Shown here: one piece after another, positions 13,819-26,224 of the stretch
Layout of the letters: the number at the start of each line of letters is the position of its first letter
Position numbering within the stretch: the stretch's first letter is position 1
NCBI GenBank assembly: GCA_000004695.1
Contig: CM000151.3
Location: 2,720,001 to 2,784,000 of the forward strand
Length of the DNA: 64,000 nt
Source of the DNA: Dictyostelium discoideum
Lineage: Eukaryota
Reading direction: 5' to 3'
Translations under genes and position numbers: made by a program
The notes under the pieces: model-generated
The model's database searches: none
Seen by the model: only the letters and a program-made list of their open reading frames with translations
What the model was told of the DNA's origin: nothing

Positions 13819-16217
13819 ATGAATAGATTAAGTGAACCATTTAATTATGACAAAGACTTCAGCTTTTCAAATAACCAACCAATAGAATTTTGGGATGAAG
13901 TTGCTAAGAATTTCGTTCATTGGTTTGTATTCAGTAACAATTTTATAATTTTTAAAAGTATTTTTAAATAAAATAATTTTTTAACACATACAATTTAAAA
14001 TTTTAAATAATAATAAAAAAAAAGGGATAGAATGTATGATAAAGTTTATAGTGGTGATGAAATTTATCCAGATTGGTTTAAAGGTGGTGAATTAAATACA
14101 TGTTATAACGTTTTAGATATTCATATTAAAAATCCTGCAAAAAGAGATCAAGATGCATTAATTTATGAATGTCCATTTTTAAAGAAAACAATTAAACTAA
14201 CATACTATCAATTATATGAAAAAGTATGTGAATTTTCAAGAGCACTTTTAAATTTAAATGTTTCAAAAAATGATAACGTTATAATTTATATGGCAAATAC
14301 AGTTGAAGCACCAATTGCAATGTTATCATGTGCTCGTATTGGTGCAACTTATTGTACATTATTTGATGGTTATTCAGTTAAAAGTTTAATAGATCGAATT
14401 GAAACAATTACACCAAAATTGATTATCACAACAAATTATGGTATTTCAAATGATGAAATTATTACATTTACACCAAATTTAAAAGAAGCAATTGAACAAT
14501 CAAATTTTAAACCAAATCATATAATTATACATAATAGAGATGATGGTGATTATAATGCAAATTTAACTTTAAAAACAATAATTGAAACAATACCAACGAT
14601 ACCAAATACATTAAGTTGGTATGATGAAATTAAAAAATTCAAAGAAAATAATCAATCACCATTTTATGATTATATACCAGTAGATTCAAGTCATCCATTA
14701 TATATTCTATATACAAGTGGTACAACTGGTAACGCTAAAGCAGTTGTAAGAAGTAATGGTCCACATTTAGTTGGTGTTAAATATACATGTAGATGTATGT
14801 TTTTAAATGATGAAGTTAATAATAATAATACTAATTCAGATTTAATTAAATTCTTTTCACATTCAAGTATTGGTTGGGTAACATTTCATGGTTTTCTATA
14901 TTCATTATTATCAACAGGGAATATTTTTATAATGTTTGAAGGTGGAATTTGTGAATTAAATCAAATCAAGTATCAACTTTGGAAAGTTATTGAAAAACAT
15001 AAGGTAAACAAATTTTTTATTGGTCCTAAATCAATTAGACTTTTAATTAAAGATGACCCAAATGCAGAGTTTATATTATCAAATTATAATTTATCAAGTT
15101 TAAATACAATTTTAGTTGGTGCTGATGTAGTTGAAAAATCAGTTGCAAATTATATTGAAAACAAATTAAAAAAATCTGCTTCAAATATATATGGTCAAAC
15201 TGAAACTGGTAATATATATTTATTTGATTTTAAAAAATCAAACAGATCCAATGTTAGCAGTAATAGTAACAGTAGTGGTAGTGGTAGTGGTAGTGGTAGT
15301 GGTAGTGGTAGTGGTAGTGGTAGTGGTAGTGGTAGTGGTTGTGGTAGTGGTAGTGGTAGTGGTAGTGGTAGTGGTAGTGGTAGTGGTAGTAGTAGTGGTA
15401 GAGGTAATATAATGGTAATTGGTCAGCCAACTCCTTCTTTAAAATCATTCATACTCTCTGAAGAAGAAGAAGAGGAAGTTTGTTATAATAATAGTGATGT
15501 TGGTGGTGGTAATAGTGTTTGTAGTGGTAGTAGTAGTGGTAGTGATAGTGGTACGAGTAGTGGTAAAAAATCATTAAATAAAAATGAAATTGGAGAGTTG
15601 GTATTTAAATTACCTTTACCACCTGGATTTGCATTAACCTTTTATAAAAATAATGAACAATTTAAAAAATTATTCAAAACAAATTTATTGAATATGGAAA
15701 AAGGTTATTATTATTTTTCAGGTGATTTGGCATTTAAAGACCAAGATAATAATTTTACAATCGTTTCAAGATCAGATGATCAAATAAAAATTAAATCAAA
15801 TAAAGTACAATTAAATACAATTGAAATTTCAGTTTTAAAACATCCATTGGTTTTAGAATGTTGTTGTATTGGTATTAAAGATGTAGAATTCTTGACTGTA
15901 CCAATTGGTATTCTAATATTAAATAATCAAAATAATCAAAATAATCAAAATAATCAAAATAATCAAAATAATAATCCAATTGAATTAAAAGAATTAGAAA
16001 AAGAAATAAATATGATAATTTCAAATGATATTGATAATCATCAATATTAAGAAGAATAATAGTTGTTAAGAAAATACCAAAGACAAAAAGTGGAAAAAAT
16101 ACAAGATCAATATTATCAAAATTATTAAATGATATCAATTTTGTTTTGCCAAGTAATATTAATGACTATGAATTATTTTTAGAAATTAAAGAATCTTTTA
16201 TAAATAAAACAGTTTGA
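13819..16217 (+). CDS. Acetyl-CoA synthetase-like ligase paralog D, divergent, with low-complexity insertions and a C-terminal frameshift (possible pseudogene)
   Basis: Exon 1 is 13819..13922 (donor GTTTGT) and exon 2 runs from 14025. The ORF 14032..16050 (672 aa) carries an (SG)n insertion, acidic and N/Q repeats. The frame shifts by -1 near 16030-16047, and the conserved C-terminus (LRRIIVVKKIPKTKSGK...) continues in the other frame to a stop at about 16217. Confidence 0.6.
15268..15403 (+). repeat. (GGTAGT)n hexanucleotide coding repeat encoding (SG)n
   Basis: About 22 tandem GGTAGT units inside the paralog D coding sequence. Confidence 0.9.
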
Positions 16218-16455
16218 ATTTTTGGGTATGTGTTTGTTTTTTTTTTTCAATTAAAATTATTATTAAATTATTATTTCTATTTCTGTATTTTTCAGTGTAT
16301 GTGGGTGTCAGTGGTTATTATTCAGACTTTTTTTATATTTGTTTTGTAAATAGTAATAATAATAATAATTATTGGATCAATTAATGATACTATAAAATTT
16401 ATTAGTTATTTTTAATTTTATTTTATTAATATCACATATCATTTTTTTTATTATT

Positions 16456-16487
<32 letters not shown>

Positions 16488-16551
16488 CTTTCTTCTTCCA
16501 TATTCAATAGTTTTTTTTTTTTTTATTATTATTAATACTTATATTAAAAGA

Positions 16552-18602
16552 ATGTATAGACTAAGCGAACCATTTGATTATTTAAATGATAAAACTTATG
16601 CAAATAATGAGCCAGAAGCTTTTTGGGATGAAGTTGCAAAGAAATTAATTAAATGGTAATTATTTGTTTATTTTTTTTTATATATTAATAATTACTAATT
16701 AAAATAACAATTTTTTTTTTTAAAATAAAATAAAAAAGGGATAAAATGTATGATAAAGTTTATAGTGGTGATGAAATGTATCCAGATTGGTTTAAAGGTG
16801 GTGAATTAAATACATGTTATAATGTTTTAGATAGACAAGTTCAAAATCCATTAAAAAGAGATCAAGATGCTTTAATTTATGAATGTCCATATTTAAAGAA
16901 AACTGTTAAATTAACATATTATCAATTATATGAAAAAGTATGTGAATTTTCAAGAGTACTTTTAAATTTAAATATTTCAAAAAATGATAATGTTTTAATT
17001 TATATGGCAAATACATTGGAGCCTTTAATTGCAATGTTATCATGTGCTCGTATTGGTGCAACTCATTGCACAATATTCGATGGTTATTCGGTTAAAAGTT
17101 TAATAGATAGAATTGAAACAATTACACCAAAATTAATAATTACAACAAACTATGGTATATTAAATGATGAAATCATTACATTTACACCAAATTTAAAAGA
17201 TGCAATTGAACAATCAACTTTTAAACCAAGTAATGTAATTACTTTATTTAGAAATGATATTACAAGCGAATCAGATTTAAAGAAAGTAAAAGATATACCA
17301 ACGATACCAAATACATTAAGTTGGTATGATGAAATTAAAAAATTCAAGGAAAATAATCAATCACCATTTTATGAATATGTTCCAGTAGAATCAAGTCATC
17401 CATTATACATAATATATACAAGTGGTACAACTGGAAATTCTAAAGCAGTTGTAAGAAGTAATGGTTCACATATGGTTTGTTTGAATTACTTTAACCGATA
17501 TATTTCAGAAAATAATCAAAGTACAACATTATTGACAACTTCAAGTGTTGGATGGGTATCATTTCATGGTTTCCTATATGGTATGTTGTCATTTGGATCT
17601 ACATTTGTAATGTATGAAGGTGGTATTATAAAAAATAAACATATTGAAGTTGACCTTTGGAATACCATTGAAAAACATAAAGTAACACATGCATTATCAT
17701 TGGCAAGCGCTATTAGATACCTTATTAAAACTGATCCTGAAGGAACAATCCTTCGTTCAAAGTATGATTTATCAAATTTAAAAGAAATATGGATTGGTGG
17801 TGAACCAATTGAAGAATCAATTTCAGAATACATTGAACAAAAGTTAAAAATAAAATCAACAAGGGGATATGGTCAAACTGAAATTGGTATAACTTATTTA
17901 TATTGTTTTGGTCATATTAATATCCCATACTACGCAACTGGTTTACCATCAATTTTCATTAGACCATCAATATTTTCAGACGATGGTAAAGAATTAGGTG
18001 TTAACGAAATTGGTGAAATCGCATTCAAATTACCAATGCCACCAAGTTTTGCAACTACATTTTATAAAAATGATGAAAAGTTTAAACAATTATTTTCAAA
18101 ATTTCCAGGTTACTACAATCCTGGTGATTTAGGTTTTAAAGATGAAAATGGATTTTATACAATTGTTTCAAGATCAGATGATCAAATTAAAATCAGTGGT
18201 AATAAAGTTCAATTAAATACAATTGAAACATCAATACTAAAACATCCATCAGTTTTAGAATGTTGTTCAATTGGTATTAACGATCCAACTTGTTATAGTG
18301 TACCAATAGCCTTATTAGTTTTAAAACAACAACAACAACAGCAACAAGATCAGTCAACTCGACAAATAGATTTAAATAAATTACACTCTGAAATTAATAA
18401 TATCATTACACAAGATATTGCATCATTAGCAGTCTTAAGAAAAATTGTAATTGTTAATCAATTACCAAAAACAAAAACTGGTAAAATTCCAAGACCAATT
18501 ATATCAAAGTTTTTAAATGATTCAAATTTTCTATTACCCGATAACATCAGTAATGTTGAAATATTTTATGAAATCAAAGAATTATATACGAAAATTAATT
18601 AG
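16552..18602 (+). CDS. Acetyl-CoA synthetase-like acyl-CoA ligase, paralog E (intact; 2 exons)
   Basis: Exon 1 is 16552..16655 (MYRLSEPFDYLNDKTYANNEPEAFWDEVAKKLIKW), the intron is 16656..16738 (GTAATT...AAAAAG), and exon 2 is 16739..18602 (ORF 16746..18602, 618 aa). Confidence 0.85.
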
Positions 18603-18730
18603 TCTTTATAAAAAACAAGTTTTTTTTTTTTAAAACCATTTATTGTTTTTTTTTTTTTATTTGTGTTTAAAATTTTTTTATTTTTTTAATTTTTTTTAAA
18701 ATCTTGTTTTTTTTATTATTAAACAGCTCA

Positions 18731-18772
18731 AAAGTGTTTGTAGTTATTTGTTTTTTTTTTTCAACACCCCAA
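18731..18772 (+). promoter_or_regulatory. Conserved upstream motif AAGTGTTTGTrGTTATTTGTTTTTT...ACACCCCAATT, a candidate promoter element for paralog F
   Basis: A G/C-containing island in otherwise AT-only intergenic DNA. It recurs 110-220 bp upstream of exon 1 of paralogs F (18731-18772), G (21324-21360) and H (23284-23325). Confidence 0.4.
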
Positions 18773-18883
18773 TTTTTTTTTTTTTTTTTTTTTTTTTTTC
18801 AAATCTTGTTTTATTTTATTTATTATTTTTAATTGTTTTTTATTACAATTATATAAATTATTCATTTAATTTTAACCTAAAAT

Positions 18884-20904
18884 ATGTTTAAACTTAGTAA
18901 TCCTTTTAATTATTTAAATGATTTTAATTATGCAAATTCTTATCCTGAGGCTTTTTGGGATGAAGTTGCAAAAAAGAATGTTTTTTGGTAAGATAATCCA
19001 TTTTTCTACAAAAAAAAAAATTAAAAACAAAAACTAATATATTTAAAAGGGATAAAATGTATGATAAAGTTTATAGTGGTGATGAAATGTATCCAGATTG
19101 GTTTAAAGGTGGTGAATTAAATACATGTTATAATGTTTTAGATATTCAAGTTCAAAATCCATTAAAAAGAGATCAAGACGCTTTAATTTATGAATGTCCA
19201 TATTTAAAGAAAACTATAAAATTAACATATTATCAATTATATGAAAAAGTATGTGAATTTTCAAGAGTACTTTTAAATTTAAATATTTCAAAAAATGATA
19301 ATGTTTTAATTTATATGGCAAATACTTTAGAACCATTAATTGCAATGTTATCATGTGCTCGTATTGGTGCAACTCATTGTGTATTATTCGATGGTTATTC
19401 AGTTAAAAGTTTAATAGATAGAATTGAAACAATTACACCAAAATTAATAATTACAACAAACTATGGTATTTTTAATGATGAAATTATTACATTTACACCA
19501 AATTTAAAAGATGCAATTGAATTATCAACTTTTAAACCAAGTAATGTAATTACTTTATTTAGAAATGATATTACAAGCGAATCAGATTTAAAGAAAGTAA
19601 AAGATATACCAACGATACCAAATACATTAAGTTGGTATGATGAAATTAAAAAATTCAAGGAAAATAATCAATCACCATTTTATGAATATGTTCCAGTAGA
19701 ATCAAGTCATCCACTATATATTATTTATTCAAGTGGTACAACTGGTAATGCTAAAGCAGTTGTAAGAAGTAATGGTCCAAATTTAGTTTGTATGAATTAC
19801 TTTGACAGATATATTTCAGAAAAATATGAATGTACAACATTATTGACAACTTCAAGTGTCGGATGGGTATCATTTCATGGTTTCCTATATGGTATGTTGT
19901 CATTTGGATCTACATTTGTAATGTATGAAGGTGGTATTATTAAAAACAAACATATTGAAGTTGACTTTTGGAATACCATTGAAAAACATAAAGCGACACA
20001 TACATTATCATTGGCAAACACTATTAGATACTTTATTAAAACTGATCCTGAAGGAACAATTATACGTTCAAAGTATGATTTATCAAATTTAAAAGAAATA
20101 TGGGTCGGAGGTGAAGTAATTGAAGAATCAATCCCAGAATACATTGAAAAAAAGTTAAAAATAAAACCAACAAGGGGATATGGTCAAACTGAAATTGGTA
20201 TAGCTTATTTATATTGTTTTGATCATATTAATATCCCATACTACGCAACTGGTTTACCATCAATTTTCATTAGACCATCAATATTTTCAGACGATGGTAA
20301 AGAATTAGGTGTTAACGAAATTGGTGAAATCGCATTTAAATTACCAATGCCACCAAGTTTTGCAACTACATTATATAAAAATGATGAAAAGTTTAAACAA
20401 TTATTTTCAAAATTTCCAGGTTACTACAATCCTGGTGATTTAGGTTTTAAAGATGAAAATGGATTCTATACAATTGTTTCAAGATCAGATGATCAAATTA
20501 AAATCAGTGGTAATAAAGTTCAATTAAATACAATTGAAACATCAATACTAAAACATCCATTAGTTTTAGAATGTTGTTCAATTGGTATTAACGATCCAAC
20601 TTGTTATAGTGTACCAATAGCCTTATTGGTTTTAAAACAACTACAACAACAAGATCAATCAATTCAACAAATTGATTTAAATAAATTACAAAATGAAATA
20701 AATTATATAATTAAACAAGATATTGAATCATTAGCGGTCTTAAGAAAAATTGTAATCGTTAATCAATTACCAAAAACAAAAACTGGTAAAATTCCAAGAC
20801 CAATTATATCAAAGTTTTTAAATGACTCGAATTTTCAATTACCTGATAATGTCAATAACGTTGAAATATTTTATGAAATCAAAGAATTATATATGAAAAA
20901 TTAA
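18884..20904 (+). CDS. Acetyl-CoA synthetase-like acyl-CoA ligase, paralog F (intact; 2 exons)
   Basis: Exon 1 is 18884..18987, the intron is 18988..19049 (GTAAGA...AG), and exon 2 is 19050..20904 (615 aa ORF). Confidence 0.85.
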
Positions 20905-21496
20905 TCTTTATAAAAAATTGACAGTTTTTTTTTTAATCATTTATTGTCATTTTTTTTTGTTTTTAAAATTATTTTTAAAAATTCACAAAAAATAATAACA
21001 TTAGCAAATAAAATAATTATTAAAATTTTATTTATATATCATATTTTGTTTTGTCTTTAAATTTAAATATTCATATATTTTAATTTTTTACTCTACAATA
21101 ACCAATGTTTTTAGTCATTTTTTTTTTATAATAATTTTCTATAATTTTTTAAAGATATTTTTCCTTTTTTTATTTAATATTGCAGTATTAGTAATCTAAG
21201 AAAAATATTTGGAAAGAAAAAAATTGAGATCCAAATGTAAAAATTCCTTTTAATCTGTTTTATCATTAAGAAAAGTTTTATATTTTATATAATAAAAATA
21301 TTTCTTAATTACAAAACAAATTAAAAGTGTTTGTGGTAATTTGTTTTTTACACCCCAATTACTTTTTTTTTTGGTTATTTTTATTTTTTTTATTTTATTA
21401 TAATTATAATTTTTAATTTTTTTTTTTAATACAATTATATAAATTATTAATATTTAATTTTAAATTTAATTTTTTTTTTAAATTAATAAAATAAGA

Positions 21497-23040
21497 ATGT
21501 TTAAACTTAGTGATCCTTTTAATAATTTAAATGATTTCAATTATGCAAATTCTTTTCCTGAGGCTTTTTGGGATGAAGTTGCAAAAAAGAATGTTTTTTG
21601 GTAAGATAATACATTTTTTTCTTTATATAAAAAATATAAACAAAAACTAATATTTTTAAAAGGGATAAAATGTATGATAAAGTTTATAGTGGTGATGAAA
21701 TGTATCCAGATTGGTTTAAAGGGTGAATTAAATACATGTTATAATTTATATGAAACAAGTCTAAAAATAAAGATAAACAAGTTCAAAATCCATTAAAAAG
21801 AGATCAAGATGCATTAATTTATGAATGTCCATATTTAAAGAAAACTGTAAAATTAACATATCATCAATTATATGAAAAAGTATGTGAATTTTCAAGAGTA
21901 CTTTTAAATTTAAATATTTCAAAAAATGATAATGTTTTAATATATATGGCAAATACGGTTGAAGCACCAATTGCAATTTTATCATGTACTCATAATGGTG
22001 CAACTCATTGTGTATTATTCGATGGTTATTCAGTTAAAAGTTTAATAGATAGAATTGAAACAATTACACCAAAATTAATAATTACAACAAACTATGGTAT
22101 TTTTAATGATGGAATCATTAATTTCATCACAAATTTAAAAGAATCTATTGAATTATCAACTTTTAAACCAAGTAATGTAATTACTTTATTTAGAAATGAT
22201 ATTACAAGCGAATCAGATTTAAAGAAAGTAAAAGATATACCAACGATACCAAATACATTAAGTTGGTATGATGAAAATAAAAAACTTAAAGAAAATAATC
22301 AATCACCATTTTATGAATATGTACCAGTAGAATCAAGTCATCCACTATATATTATTTATTCAAGTGGTACAACTGGTAATGCTAAAGCAGTTGTAAGAAG
22401 TAATGGTCCAAATTTAGTTTGTATGAATTACTTTAACAGATATATTTCAGAAAAATATGAAAATATAAAATTATTTACATTTTCAAATGTCGGATGGATA
22501 TCATTTCATGGTTCCCTATAAGGCTTGTTGTCATCTGGATCTACATTTATAATGTATGAAGGTGGTATTATAAAAAACAAATATATTGAAGTTGACTTTT
22601 GGAATACCATTGAAAAACATAAAGTGACACATGCATTGTCATTGGCAAGCACTATTAGATACTTTATTAAAACTGATCCTGAAGGAACAATTATACGTTC
22701 AAAGTATGGTTTATCAAATTTAAAAGAATTTATGGTTGGAGGTGAAGTAATTGAAGAATCAATCCCAGAATACATTGAAAAAAAGTTTTAAAGCAAAAAC
22801 AAGATCAATCAACTCAATTGATTTAAATAAATTACAATCTGAAATTAATAATATCATTACACAAGATATTGAATCGTTAGCAGTCTTGAGAAAAATTGTA
22901 GTTGTTAATCAATTACCAAAAACCAAAGCTGGTAAAACTCCAAGACCAAAGTTTTTAATGATTCAAATTTTCAATTTCCAGATAATATCATTGACATTGA
23001 AATATTTTATGAAATTAAAGAATTATATATGAAAAGTTAA
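21497..23040 (+). pseudogene. Acetyl-CoA synthetase-like ligase paralog G, heavily disrupted
   Basis: Exon 1 is 21497..21600 and is intact. Exon 2 has a frameshift at about 21720 (KG*), an in-frame stop at about 22519 and an internal deletion of ~160 codons near 22790. Only fragmentary ORFs remain (21946..22521, 22525..22791, 22751..23032). Confidence 0.8.
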
Positions 23041-23083
23041 AAATAACTATTTTTAATCATTTATTACTCATTTTTTATTTATT

Positions 23084-23123
<40 letters not shown>

Positions 23124-23504
23124 AAATTTTGAATCGAATTAATTTACAAAATATATGTTAAATGATATAAAATAGATTCAAATATTGTGAATAAAATTGG
23201 AAAATTTTAAAATGATTATAATAATTGGTCAATTAATGAAAATTGTATTTAATAAAAAACTGTTAAATAATAAAACAGTTTAAAGAAGTGTTTGTGGTTA
23301 TTTTTTGTTTTTTAACACCCCCATTTATTTTTATTTATTTTTTATCTTTTATTTTTTAAAATATATATCATTATTTAAATCTTTTATTTTTTATATATAA
23401 TTAAATTTTTTAATTTTAATTTATATTATATTTAATTTTAAAATTAATTTTTAAAATTTTTTTTTTTTTTTTTTTATAATTTATTTAATTAATTAAAAAT
23501 TAAT

Positions 23505-25522
23505 ATGTATAAGCTTAGTGATCCTTTTAATTATGTAAATGACAGTAATTATGCAAATTCTTATCCTGAGGATTTTTGGGATGAAGTGGCAAAAAAGCAT
23601 GTTTTTTGGTAAATATATCTTTTTTTTTTTTCTTTATAAAAAAAGAGATTTTAATATTAAAACAAAAACTAATATTTTTAAAATAAAGGGATAAAATGTA
23701 TGATAAAGTTTATAGTGGTGATGAAATTTATCCAGATTGGTTTAAAGGTGGTGAATTAAATACATGTTATAATTTATTAGACATTCATACAAAAAATCCT
23801 ACTAAAAGAGATCAAGATGCAATAATTTATGAATGTCCATTTTTAAAGAAAACTGAGAAATTAACATATTATCAATTATATGAAAAAGTATGTGAATTTT
23901 CAAGAGTACTTTTAAATTTAAATGTTTCAAAAAATGATGTTGTTTTAATTTATATGTCAAATACATTAGAACCATTAATTGCAATGTTATCATGTGCTCG
24001 TATTGGCGCAACTCATTGTACAATAATCGATGGTTATTCAGTTAAAAGTTTAATAGATAGAATCGAAACAATTACACCAGAATTAATAATTACAACAAAC
24101 TATGGTATATCAAATGATGAAATCATTACATTTACACCAAATTTAAAAGAAGCAATTGAATTATCAACTTTTAAACCAAGTAATGTAATAACTTTATTTA
24201 GAAATGAAGTTTTGGATGAAACAAATTTAAAAAAAGTAAATGATATACCAACGATACCAAATACATTAAGTTGGTATGATGAAATTAAAAAACTTAAAGA
24301 AAATAATCAATCACCATTTTATGAATATGTACCAGTAGAATCAAGTCATTCATTATATATACTATATACAAGTGGTACAACTGGTAATGCTAAAGCTGTT
24401 GTTAGAAGTAATGGTCCACATTTGGTTAGTATTAGATATTATAGATTCCGTAAAGAATCAGATATACCTCAAATTGTATTTTCATATTCAAATATTGGGT
24501 GGGTATCATTTCACGGTTTCTTTTATGGTTTACTATCTGTAGGGAATACATTTGTAATGTATGAAGGTGGTATTATAAATAACAAACATATTGAAGATGA
24601 TTTATGGAAAACAATTGTAAAACATAAAGTAACACATACATTTCCATCCCCATCTGTATTTAGATACCTTATTAAAACTGATCCTGAAGGAAAAATCATC
24701 AGTTCAAAGTATGATTTATCAAATTTAGAAGAAATATGGTGTGGTAGTGAAGTAATTGAAGAATCAATTCCAGAATACATTGAACAAAAGTTAAAAATAA
24801 AATGTTTAAGAGTATTTGGTCAAAGTGAAATTGGCATAACTTCATTTATTAGTGTTCATGCTTTAAATATGCCTTATAAAGCCACTGGCATACCATCAAT
24901 TTTCATAAAACCATCAATACTTTCAGAAGAAGGTAAAGTTTTGAATTCAAATGAAATTGGTTTTGTTGCAATTAAACTACCAATGCCACCAGGTTTTGCA
25001 ACTACATATTATAAAAATGATGAAAAGTTTAAACAATTATTTTCTAAATTCCCAGGTTATTATAATACCGGTGATTTAGGTTATAAAGATCAAAGAGGAT
25101 TTTATACAATTGTTTCGAGATCAGATGATCAAATTAAAATCGGTTATAAAAAAGTTCAATTAAATACAATTGAAACGTCAATTTTAAAACACCCATCAGT
25201 TTTAGAATGTTGTTCGATTGGTATTTATGATCCAGTTATTCGTAGTGTACCAATTGGTGTATTAGTATTAAAAGAAAATCAATCAATTGATTTAATTAAA
25301 TTACAAAATGAAATTAATAATATCATTACACAAGATATTGAATCATGTGCAGTCTTAAGAAAAATTTTAATTGTTAACCAATTACCAAAAACAAAAGTTG
25401 GTAAAATTCCAAGACTAATTTTGTCAAATTTATTAAATGATTCAAATTATCAACTACCCCATAATGTCAGTGACACTGAAATATTTTATGAAATCAAAGA
25501 ATTATATATGAAAAATTTATAG
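23505..25522 (+). CDS. Acetyl-CoA synthetase-like acyl-CoA ligase, paralog H (intact; 2 exons)
   Basis: Exon 1 is 23505..23608, the intron is 23609..23688 (GTAAAT...AAAG), and exon 2 is 23689..25522 (608 aa ORF). Confidence 0.85.
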
Positions 25523-26224
25523 TTAGTAAACTTAATTTAAAAATTTGTTTTTATTTTTTGAAAAAAAAATAATAAAAAAAAAAAAATTTGAATTATTTAT
25601 TTTTTAAATTTAATAAATAAAAAAATAAAAAAATTTAATTATATTTTTTTTTTTTTTATTGGTTTGATAAAAAATAGTGTTTTACCTTTTGATTACATTA
25701 GAAGTTTTGTTTTAAAAAAAAGGTTAAAAATTCAAAAAAAATAATAAGGACGGATATAAATTATTGTTTATTTCCTTTAATGCATAAACTGTGATTAATC
25801 AATATTAAATAAAAAAAATAATAATAATATAAATATTGTTTGTAATGATTAAAATTTTTTTTTTTTTTAATAAGTTTCAAATGTTGAAAAATCTTTAAAA
25901 AAAAAATTAATTTTAATCGTAACAAGCACTTTAAAAAAATATTTACTTATTATTAGCATTTTTAACAAACAACATAAAAATAAAAATTTTAATTAAAATA
26001 AATTAAATTAAATTAAAAAACACACTGGGGTGTGTAGAATTTCTAAAATATTTTAGTGGAAATAATTTAATTTATTTTAATTAAAATTTTTTATTTTTAA
26101 TTATATAAAAATATTATCTAACAAACAATAAGAATTTTTTTTTTTTTTTTTTTTTTTCATTAGAGTTTGTGCACTATTATATTTAATTTTTCATTTTCAT
26201 TTTATTAAATAATTAATAACAAAT

